DNA from: a bacterium
GTDB lineage: Bacteria > SAR324 > JACQKK01
DNA: 64,000 nt
Reading direction: 5' to 3'
Assembly: GCA_965240465.1 (NCBI GenBank)
Contig: OZ251219.1
Location: forward strand, 1,344,001-1,408,000
The notes under the pieces were generated by a model. That model searched no databases and was not told the origin of the DNA. It saw only the letters and a program-made list of their open reading frames with translations. This document shows positions 30,675 to 38,767 of this stretch, piece after piece. Position numbers and translations under genes: made by a program. The stretch's first letter is position 1. Each line of letters starts with the position of its first letter.

Positions 30675-31535
30675 CTAAGTAGCCTTAATTGCCGAAATTA
30701 CCCGTACCCGTCCATTTAAGTCTTGGTGAGAGACACAAGAAAATCTTGCTTGTTCTAGCAATTCACAAACAACCTGCTCTTGATTAGGAGCAATCTCCAG
30801 CAATAACTTGGCACCAACCTCTAAACGAGAAGCCCCCTCTTTAATAAGAAGACGATGATATTTCAATCCATCCTGACCTCCGTCCAGAGCCAAAGACGGA
30901 TCATGTTGTACTTCTGGCATCAGCTGAGAAAGCTCATCCGTGGGAATGTAGGGCGGATTGCTAACAATCAAGGAAATACATGCCCGAGGAGCAACTGCCT
31001 GAAAGCCATCCCCCCGAAACAACAACAGCCGATTGCCCCGCGGCTCTAGTAGCTCACTGTGGTATTGCCTGTTCAAACAAGCCAATTGCAAGGCCTCGGC
31101 ACTGAACTCGGTGGCTAACCAACACAAATTACGACACTCAGCACAAACCGCCAAACCTATCGCCGCAGTCCCCGCACCAAACTCCAACACTAAACCAGGG
31201 AGGCTAGCACGGATAACTTGCTCTACCAGGATCTCAGTCTCAGGACGAGGCACTAATGCACCCGCCCCAGTACTCAATTCTAGTCCCCAAAAATGGGCAG
31301 AACCCAAAATATGTGCCAAAGGACGACGCTTCCCACGCTGACGTGCCAACTCACGACAAGCACTGAGCTCGGTCTCTACTAATGGCTGGTCTAATCGCAA
31401 GTATAACTCCAAACGAGGACACCCCAATACATGTGCCAGCATCAACTCTGCTTCCAAACGAGCAGAATCCACCTCCCGACCAGCTAACCAACCACTCAAA
31501 CGACTTAGCAATTCCCCCGCAGTCAATAACGGCAT
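30675..31535 (-). CDS. prmC: Release factor glutamine methyltransferase
   Basis: ARLEAE, PLAHILG...FWG, LVPRPETE, SNPPYI, ALDGG.DGL. Confidence 0.9.
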   Translation of the reverse strand: MPLLTAGELLSRLSGWLAGREVDSARLEAELMLAHVLGCPRLELYLRLDQPLVETELSACRELARQRGKRRPLAHILGSAHFWGLELSTGAGALVPRPETEILVEQVIRASLPGLVLEFGAGTAAIGLAVCAECRNLCWLATEFSAEALQLACLNRQYHSELLEPRGNRLLLFRGDGFQAVAPRACISLIVSNPPYIPTDELSQLMPEVQHDPSLALDGGQDGLKYHRLLIKEGASRLEVGAKLLLEIAPNQEQVVCELLEQARFSCVSHQDLNGRVRVISAIKAT

Positions 31536-31621
31536 CTATACAACTTTAATCAGCCAGACATCTCAAATAACGGGTCGCACCAACACAACTGAAAGGCATA
31601 ACATCTATCCTCACAGCAACT

Positions 31622-31879
31622 CTAAAGAAAATTCTGCACCGCCTGTATGAGAAATCTTTCTATCAGCTGGATGGTAAAAAGAGCCGCAATCGGAGCTAGA
31701 TCAAGCCCTCCTATAGCAGGAATAAAACGGAACGGTTCCAGCAATAGCAATGCCAGTCTGTGAACCAAACGAAATCCTTTTTGATGAGGGTCATGCGGCA
31801 CCCATGATAGTACCACATGGGCGATAATCACAATGGATAAGGCTTTAGCAGCAATATCAATGATGTCAATAATAAGCAT
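31622..31879 (-). CDS. yggT: YggT family membrane protein
   Basis: VLSWV..DP, LLEPFR.IP.IGGLDL.PI; follows yggS. Confidence 0.85.
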   Translation of the reverse strand: MLIIDIIDIAAKALSIVIIAHVVLSWVPHDPHQKGFRLVHRLALLLLEPFRFIPAIGGLDLAPIAALFTIQLIERFLIQAVQNFL

Positions 31880-32595
31880 TATATCTTTCTATGACCAAAA
31901 ATAGCCGACCCTACGCGGACAATGGTACTACCCTCAGCAATAGCCCACTCAAAGTCGCCCGACATCCCCATGGAGAGATGGCAACATTGGTGAGGCTGGG
32001 GCAGCTGAGTTTGAAGTTGTTGCAAGGTTTCTCTAAGTTGGGCGAATATCTTACGAGTATCAGTCTCATTGAGGCGCGGCGGGGGAATGGTCATCAATCC
32101 CTGCAGTTGAACATTGGGGCATTGTTGCAAGTAGGTAACTAGTCTGTCAAGTTCGGCTACTGATCGCACCCCTGATTTAGAGTCTGATTGGCTAAAATTG
32201 GTTTGAATTAGCACCGCACAGCTGCGGAGGTTTTTCTGGGCTTGCTTTTGCAGGGCTTCTGCCAGAGATATTGAATGCAAGAGCAGTAGCTGAAAGGGGT
32301 CCGTAAAGCGAACCTTATTGCGTTGCAATAATCCCACCAGCTGCCACTGAGGAGGCTCACACAATTCCCTGACGGCAACCATTTTGGGCAGGGCTTCTTG
32401 GATGCGATTCTCACCAAATAGATTCTGCCCCGCTTTTACTGCCTGACAGACCTCTTCTGCCGAGCGAGTTTTACTGACTGCCACCAGGGCAATATCGGCA
32501 GACTTTCTACCACTATTGAGGGCCGCTGTGCAGATACGCTCTCTGATAACGGCTAAATTGTGCGAAATGTCAACAATCGCAGGCTTCATTAACAA
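31879..32595 (-). CDS. yggS: Pyridoxal phosphate homeostasis protein
   Basis: LVAVSKT, FGENRIQEA, LQRNKV, GLMTIPP, LSMGMS.DF..AI.EGSTIVRVGSAIFG. Confidence 0.92.
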   Translation of the reverse strand: MLMKPAIVDISHNLAVIRERICTAALNSGRKSADIALVAVSKTRSAEEVCQAVKAGQNLFGENRIQEALPKMVAVRELCEPPQWQLVGLLQRNKVRFTDPFQLLLLHSISLAEALQKQAQKNLRSCAVLIQTNFSQSDSKSGVRSVAELDRLVTYLQQCPNVQLQGLMTIPPPRLNETDTRKIFAQLRETLQQLQTQLPQPHQCCHLSMGMSGDFEWAIAEGSTIVRVGSAIFGHRKI

Positions 32596-32635
32596 ACCGA
32601 CCAGGGGAGGTTAATAAGCTGATTCTACTAGGAGA

Positions 32636-33535
32636 CTAATTGCCATTATCGTCGCTTTTTGAGTTATCTTTCTCTTTGCTCTTATCCCCAGCTTTGCTAT
32701 CTTCTCCAGCTTTGACCTTGCTCTTATCCCCAGCTTTGCTATCTTCTCCAGCTTTGACCTTGCTCTTATCTCCAGCTTTGCTATCTTCCTCAGCTTTGAC
32801 CTTGCTCTTATCAGCTTTGCTATCTTCCCCAGCTTTGCTATCTTCCCCAGCTTTGACCTTGCTCTTATTCTCAAGCTGGCGATCCCCCTTATCTTTGTCC
32901 TTGTTTGCGGCCTTCTTTTTACCAGTGTTAGAAGTTGCTTTTTGTACTTGTTTTGCAACTTGCTTTGCAACTTGCTTTACAAAGGGTCTAACTTCCACTA
33001 GAGCTTCTAATTCCACCCGATATAAATCTCCATCGCGTTTTTCGTTTTTGATGCGGTATCGCTTGATGAAGCCACTAGTGGTGGTAGATAGACTTTCTTG
33101 TACCAGCTGATAGTTTTCCACTTCGGTTTTAGCTTCCAGTAACAAGCCACTGGCTTCTTCCACGGCATTACGCAGGGCATCCTGAACAGCCTCCTTACGA
33201 GAGGCAGCAGGGTCTTTGGGTTTCCAAGACCCTACTCCCTGACCATTTACCAACAACAGGTTCTTCCCCCCTTCCACCAGTACAGGCACCCCTTCTTGAC
33301 GAGCTTTTATAAGTAAAAGGCGTTCGGTGGCATTCAATCCCTTTGTTTGAATGGGGGCATATATTTTGCCTTCTTGCTGAGCTTTCAACCGCAGAAGACG
33401 GGTGGTAGGGTCTTCCTCCTTGGAGGGAGGATTCTTTGCCAGCCCTGACTGCACCAGCACCAACTGAGCTAGGCATAGGAAGAGTAACGTCAACGATAAT
33501 CGCAGAATGCTTCTTAAGGGTTTATGGTGTGACAT
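32636..33535 (-). CDS. Exported protein with FlgT-N-like domain and Lys/Asp/Ser-rich repeat tail
   Basis: Signal peptide; A..DALRNAVE...G..L...T.V.NY.L.......G.I..Y.I..E......Y.V segment resembles the flagellar assembly protein T N-terminal domain; C-terminal KSKVKAGEDSKAGD about x4. Confidence 0.55.
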   Translation of the reverse strand: MSHHKPLRSILRLSLTLLFLCLAQLVLVQSGLAKNPPSKEEDPTTRLLRLKAQQEGKIYAPIQTKGLNATERLLLIKARQEGVPVLVEGGKNLLLVNGQGVGSWKPKDPAASRKEAVQDALRNAVEEASGLLLEAKTEVENYQLVQESLSTTTSGFIKRYRIKNEKRDGDLYRVELEALVEVRPFVKQVAKQVAKQVQKATSNTGKKKAANKDKDKGDRQLENKSKVKAGEDSKAGEDSKADKSKVKAEEDSKAGDKSKVKAGEDSKAGDKSKVKAGEDSKAGDKSKEKDNSKSDDNGN

Positions 33536-33599
33536 GTTTCTACCAAATAGAATTGATCAAATAAAATTAATGCTAGGAGGGCCAAGATGGTTAGGAGGG

Positions 33600-34217
33600 C
33601 TAGGAAACTTCCTCAGCCAGCGGTACTTGAGATTTAGGCAGAGCTTCCGCGGGGGTACTCGGAAGAGGAACGTGATGAAACTTGGTTTGGGGACTCTTTT
33701 CTGGATTCTTGTCACGCAGCAATTCTCGGGTTAAGTCAAAGCGATCACGGTCTGTGTATGCCATGGAGATAATGTCAGTATCCATTCGGATGGCATCTTT
33801 GGGGCATGCTTCCACACATAGACCGCAGAACACACAGCGTAGTTCATCTATATCAAAAACCACGGGATATTTTTCCACCGATTTGTCTTGTTCTTCGCCA
33901 GCTTCAATGTGGATGCAATTGGCAGGGCAGATCTCCTCACACATGTAGCATGCCACACACTTGATAAACCCATCCTCGCGCATGGTCAACCTATGGCGAC
34001 CCCGATAACGGGGTGAAATACGGCGGGTTTCCTCAGGGTAGTTGATGGTGACTACATCACGCTTGCCCAGTACGTTACGCAGAAAATGGCGAGTAGTCAG
34101 CTTCAGGCCGCTTAACACCGCAGGCAAATAAAGACGCAAACCAGAATGCTGTTTAAGGACCTTAACTCGTTGCTTGGTTTGTGTCTTTACCTTTATCAAC
34201 TCACTAGACATAAGCAT
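33600..34217 (-). CDS. nuoI: NADH-quinone oxidoreductase subunit I
   Basis: [48 protein letters not shown]. Confidence 0.9.
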   Translation of the reverse strand: MLMSSELIKVKTQTKQRVKVLKQHSGLRLYLPAVLSGLKLTTRHFLRNVLGKRDVVTINYPEETRRISPRYRGRHRLTMREDGFIKCVACYMCEEICPANCIHIEAGEEQDKSVEKYPVVFDIDELRCVFCGLCVEACPKDAIRMDTDIISMAYTDRDRFDLTRELLRDKNPEKSPQTKFHHVPLPSTPAEALPKSQVPLAEEVS

Positions 34218-34372
34218 CTCCCGACTACTTAGCTGATTGTTTCACGGTGAGGTTACCAATGACAAGCAGAAAGATCTAGTCAAATGTGTCTTTACAATTT
34301 CATATTATGTTGTAAAATCCCTTATCGCTTGATGTAGGAACAATATTTTCAAATAAAACAAGGAATTGAGTA

Positions 34373-35389
34373 GTGAAAAACAAGAAATTATTGCTGGGGA
34401 TTATCGCGGCGGTGGGGGCGGTGGGGGTGATTATTGCGGTGGGGATGGGGGGAATGATTCTTGGAAATCCTAAGGTTTCATCGGATGAGTATGGCGTGTT
34501 ATTGAAGTCGTTGTCCGATCCTTTCTGGAGCTCCGTTGCTGATGGCATTAAGGATGGCATTGAGGATGACGAAATAGAAATAGATTACAACCTAGCTGAC
34601 CTAAACGCTGATGAACCAACAAAATCTCAGCTTAAAAGCTGCAATGATGTCTTAGATCGCAAGCCGCGCGTGCTTATTACGGCTGTCAACACTCACCACG
34701 TCTTGTTGCCCTGCTTGAAAAGAGCCACCGATGAGGGTATTCTGGTGATAGATTTAGATTCCAGCTTGGACCACAACATCGCTACCGATGCGGGAGTAGA
34801 TATTGTATTCACCCTCAGTTCTAATAACTATGTTGCGGGAGTTCAGGGTGCGGACTATGTATTATCGCTATTGGGTACTAGCAGTACAGGTTCTGTACTA
34901 GTGATTGAGGGTTTAGTGAACGATATTAATAGTCAACGCCGAACAAGTGGATTTGCCGACCAATTGAAAAAAATAAACCCTGGGCTGAAGATAGTCACCT
35001 CTTTATCGGCTTACGGAAATATCCAAAAAGCGACTAAAATTACCACCGATGCCCTGCAAAAATATCCAGACCTAAAGGTTGTTTTTGCTGCCAGCAACAA
35101 ATTGGCTCTGGGAGCGGTAGAAGTAGTCTATTCTGCCAGCAAGGGAAATGATGTTACTGTCATCGGGGTGGGCAAGTATTCCAAAGCGGTGGAAAACTCC
35201 ATCCGAGCAAATCGCTTGAATGCCTCAGTAGTTCAATTGCCATATCTCATTGGTCAGCAGGCAGTATTGCGTGCTGTGAAAGTATTGAATGGTAAAAATC
35301 TGAACCGATTCCAGTACGTTGATTTCCTAGTACTAAGCAAGAAACTACTGGAAGAAGGTACGGAACCTATGCTGGAATATCTTAAATAA
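34373..35389 (+). CDS. Sugar ABC transporter substrate-binding protein (RbsB/AlsB-like)
   Basis: N-terminal hydrophobic anchor, LKSLSDPFW, NY.AG..GA, R..GF, ..P.LK.VFAA...LALGA, QLPY.IG. Confidence 0.8.
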   Translation: MKNKKLLLGIIAAVGAVGVIIAVGMGGMILGNPKVSSDEYGVLLKSLSDPFWSSVADGIKDGIEDDEIEIDYNLADLNADEPTKSQLKSCNDVLDRKPRVLITAVNTHHVLLPCLKRATDEGILVIDLDSSLDHNIATDAGVDIVFTLSSNNYVAGVQGADYVLSLLGTSSTGSVLVIEGLVNDINSQRRTSGFADQLKKINPGLKIVTSLSAYGNIQKATKITTDALQKYPDLKVVFAASNKLALGAVEVVYSASKGNDVTVIGVGKYSKAVENSIRANRLNASVVQLPYLIGQQAVLRAVKVLNGKNLNRFQYVDFLVLSKKLLEEGTEPMLEYLK

Positions 35390-35404
35390 ATCTGTAAGGG
35401 CGAA

Positions 35405-35528
35405 ATAGTTTGTTCTGCAAGGGGTATGATGTTGTTGTCATCGGGGGGGGGGAGCAAGTACTCCCAAATCGGTGCTACAACCGCTGGCAGAAGGTATGGG
35501 ACGACCTACGCTGGAACACCTTAAATAA
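35405..35528 (+). pseudogene. Degenerate partial duplicate of the 3' end of the sugar-binding gene
   Basis: Matches gene segments around 35125-35190 (tgatgtt..tgtcatcgggg..gcaagta) and 35348-35389 (ctgg.agaaggta....gctggaa...cttaaataa); contains a G10 tract at 35443-35452. Confidence 0.6.
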
Positions 35529-35579
35529 GTGCTGTAAAAGTAGTGCCACAAAATTATTAAATAAATAAATAAAAAATAA

Positions 35580-35607
35580 TTGAAACATAATTTCTGTATG
35601 CTACAAT
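35580..35607 (+). promoter_or_regulatory. Putative sigma70 promoter (TTGAAA-N16-TACAAT, extended -10 TG, AT-rich upstream); copies at 38681-38708 and 41715-41742
   Basis: Duplicated upstream of each RCC1 array gene; the -35 is CTGAAA in copies 2 and 3. Confidence 0.5.
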
Positions 35608-35666
35608 AATATAAGGGCTTATCAACGATTAGCCGATTATATTCTTGTTGATGGTGTACAGATAAT

Positions 35667-38216
35667 ATGAAATTAAACACTTTTATAAGTATAAAAATTA
35701 GGTTTTACACATTGGGAACGGTACTGTGTATTACTGTTTTTTCTTTGATTATTTTATCATGTTCTGGCAGTTCAAATACACCACCACCCCCTGAAACTGA
35801 CACTGGAATAATAGATCCAGTTGAGGAAAGGATCAAGTATAAGACTTTATTTTCGGGAGGGGGGGATCATACCTGTTTGTCTGTAAGAGGTGCACTATCA
35901 TGTTGGGGAAAGGGTGGTAGTGGTCGTCTGGGCAATGGAGACGTTTATGATAAATACATTCCTACTGCAGTGACTGGAATGGATAGCGGTGTGACCGATG
36001 TTGCGGCAGGGTATGATTACACCTGTGCAGTGAAAGATGGTGTAGCCAAGTGCTGGGGCGAAGGTGATGGTGGTCGTTTGGGTACTAATTTAGCTCCTGA
36101 TGATTCAGCAGTAGCAGACCTAGCAATACCAAAAAATGTGGGATTTAGTAGTGGTAGCGTTAAAGACATTAGTGCCGGAAAAGCAACCTCCTGTGCCATA
36201 AAGACAGATGAAAGTGTTTGGTGTTGGGGAAGTAACTCTCGGGGACAACTGGGGGATGGTAGCATGGATAACAAATATTCTCCAGTGCAGGTTTTTCTTG
36301 AAGATGAAATCCCCTTTGAGAATGCTAAAGCTATTAGCTCGGGAGAGTATTATAATTGTGCAATTGCTGGCGAGGATGCTCTGGTTTATTGTTGGGGTGG
36401 TAATGAAGCAGGACAGTTAGGTACGGATAATACAGATGACTCTCTTACTCCTGTTAAAGTAATCCGTGATGATGATGAAGATTTGGACGATGCCTACTCC
36501 ATTTCATCAGGAGATAATCACACCTGTGTACTTAGTGGTAGTGGTGATGCTTGGTGTTGGGGTTGGAACGGGAGTGGTCAATTGGCCAGAGGCAATAATG
36601 ATTCTTCCTTAAAAGCTCACAAGGTATCGGTTCCTGATAGCACGCCAGCTACAGGATTAGGGTTTATTCGGGCTAAAGGCGATACAACCTGTGCTATATT
36701 AAGCGGGATTGCCCGATGTGCAGGAGAGAATAGATTCGGTCAGTTGGGAATAGGTAACACTAATGATAGTAATACTCTAATAAATGTCCAACTACTCACC
36801 AGTGGAGTAACTAACATGGCAGTGGGAGCAGCCCACGCCTGTGGCATCCAGAATTATGTAGATGGTGAAATATACTGCTGGGGTAATAGCAGTAGTGGTC
36901 AGGTGGGTTATAGTGGTCATGTAGCCCTACAGCTATATCCAGTGAAGGTCTATAACACTAACGGCAATATCTCTAAGAATGTTACTTATGTTGATACAGG
37001 GAAGGCACACTCTTGTGCGATCCTGAATGGTGGAGCTTATTGCTGGGGGCAGAATAGCTTCGGTGAAATAGGCAATGGTACCGCAACTCAAGCACCTAAG
37101 CCGGTAGCAGTAACAGGTATGTCTGACCGTGTAACTGAAATTTCCGCAGGAGGATACCAGGCTTCTGGGCTCAACAATGCTCATACTTGTGCTATCAAGG
37201 ATGACAATGTTTGGTGTTGGGGATATAACAACCTAGGACAACTTGGGAATGGTTCTACAACAAACAGTTTTGTTCCCGTGCAGGCAACAAGTAGCGGTAT
37301 TGCGACTTATATTGGTACAGGATACGAGATTTCTTGTGTCTTAGTAGACAGTACACCAAACTGCTGGGGTAATAATAATGCTCGTAGATTGGGTGTTGGA
37401 TCAGGTAATAATATTGTAGCTTCGCCGAAAGAGGTTCGTTATGGTGCCAACGACGGAGCAGTCATGACTGATGCTAAATATTTATATGTAGGAGTGGATG
37501 CAGCTTGTACCATCCTGGGTGCGAAGGCTATAAGTGGTACAACCTATAATGACATTATTGCCTGTTGGGGTTTAGGTCATTGGAACATACTTTCTAATGC
37601 TGATAGGGGACACCAATCTTATGCTCTTGTATCCATCACCAGCAATGGTGGGGACGCAGACATTGTCGATGATATATATCTTCATGGCTATTCTGCGGTT
37701 AGCTTAGGACATGAACATGGGTGTGGTATAAACAAAGTATATGAAGAAAACAGCATCACCTACGAAAATGCTGCTGTTTGTTGGGGCCGTAACAATAATG
37801 GTCAGGTGGGTACTGGAAATGGGGGAACTGGTTTCGTACATCCACGAGTGATTAGATTTACGGGTGGGGGAATACCAGTTGCGAATGTTATCAGCATTTC
37901 TGCGCAATACAGGCAAAGTTGTGCCGTTGTGGATACTGGGCGGGCAGTATGTTGGGGTGATTCCACTACTGGGGGTTTAGGTAATAATTCTTTTGGCGGT
38001 AATCATGTTCCTCATCCCAAGGACCTGTTCCCATTTAATGCTGACAATAGTATTGGCTTTACCCGAATCTCTGCTGGGTATCACGGTTGCGGTATAGCAG
38101 GAATAAATTCAGACAAACTATACTGCTGGGGTAAAGGTGATGTAGGACAACTAGGCTATGGTAGAACAGGAGATATTCCAACACCAATACGAGTTTTAAT
38201 TGGTATTGATGAATAA
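35667..38216 (+). CDS. RCC1-repeat lipoprotein, probably a double beta-propeller (array copy 1)
   Basis: 849 aa; signal ending IILS-C; about 14 HxC...CWG.N..GQLG repeats. Confidence 0.85.
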   Translation: MKLNTFISIKIRFYTLGTVLCITVFSLIILSCSGSSNTPPPPETDTGIIDPVEERIKYKTLFSGGGDHTCLSVRGALSCWGKGGSGRLGNGDVYDKYIPTAVTGMDSGVTDVAAGYDYTCAVKDGVAKCWGEGDGGRLGTNLAPDDSAVADLAIPKNVGFSSGSVKDISAGKATSCAIKTDESVWCWGSNSRGQLGDGSMDNKYSPVQVFLEDEIPFENAKAISSGEYYNCAIAGEDALVYCWGGNEAGQLGTDNTDDSLTPVKVIRDDDEDLDDAYSISSGDNHTCVLSGSGDAWCWGWNGSGQLARGNNDSSLKAHKVSVPDSTPATGLGFIRAKGDTTCAILSGIARCAGENRFGQLGIGNTNDSNTLINVQLLTSGVTNMAVGAAHACGIQNYVDGEIYCWGNSSSGQVGYSGHVALQLYPVKVYNTNGNISKNVTYVDTGKAHSCAILNGGAYCWGQNSFGEIGNGTATQAPKPVAVTGMSDRVTEISAGGYQASGLNNAHTCAIKDDNVWCWGYNNLGQLGNGSTTNSFVPVQATSSGIATYIGTGYEISCVLVDSTPNCWGNNNARRLGVGSGNNIVASPKEVRYGANDGAVMTDAKYLYVGVDAACTILGAKAISGTTYNDIIACWGLGHWNILSNADRGHQSYALVSITSNGGDADIVDDIYLHGYSAVSLGHEHGCGINKVYEENSITYENAAVCWGRNNNGQVGTGNGGTGFVHPRVIRFTGGGIPVANVISISAQYRQSCAVVDTGRAVCWGDSTTGGLGNNSFGGNHVPHPKDLFPFNADNSIGFTRISAGYHGCGIAGINSDKLYCWGKGDVGQLGYGRTGDIPTPIRVLIGIDE

Positions 38217-38238
38217 ATTATTGGCTTGCTTTTGCATT

Positions 38239-38282
38239 TAGCCTTCGGATACTGTGAAACAGGCCCGAAGGCTATTTTGTTT
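38239..38282 (+). terminator. Hairpin/terminator after RCC1 copy 1 only
   Basis: tagccttcgg...ccgaaggcta 10-bp stem with inner ctgt-gaa-acag, followed by ttttgttt. Confidence 0.6.
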
Positions 38283-38336
38283 ATTGGTACGGATAAAATT
38301 AATAACACAAAAATAGACTTTTCTTAGGCGATAGCA

Positions 38337-38629
38337 CAAAAGCGGCTAAAATTACACCGATGCCCTGCAAAAATATCCAGACCTAAGGGAAATGATGTTA
38401 TTGTCATTGGGGTGGGCAAGTATTCCAAAGTGAACTCCATCCGAGCAAATCGCTTGAATACCTCAGTAGTTCATTGCCATATCTCATCGCTCAGCAGGCA
38501 GTATTGCGTGCTGTGAAAATATTGAATGATAAAAATCTGGACCGATTCCAGTACGTTGATTTCCTAGTACTAAGCAAGAAACTACTGGCAGAAGGTATGG
38601 GACGACCCACGCTGAAACACCTTAAATAA
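38337..38629 (+). pseudogene. Decayed copy of the 3' third of the sugar-binding protein gene
   Basis: Aligns by eye to 35024-35389 (ccgatgccctgcaaaaatatccagacctaa; ccgattccagtacgttgatttcctagtactaagcaagaaactactgg) with deletions and frameshifts. Confidence 0.85.
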
Positions 38630-38767
38630 GTGCTGTAAAAGTAGTCCTACAAGATTATTAAATAAATAAATAAAAAATAACTGAAACATAACTTCTGTAT
38701 GTTACAATAATATAAGAGCTTATCAACGATTAGCCGATTATATTCTTGTTGATGGCGTACAGATAAT

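Noticed and set aside
32611-33110. Overlapping ORFs 32611-32970 (-) and 32640-33110 (+)
   Set aside because: Alternate readings of the 42-bp repeat in the FlgT-like gene.
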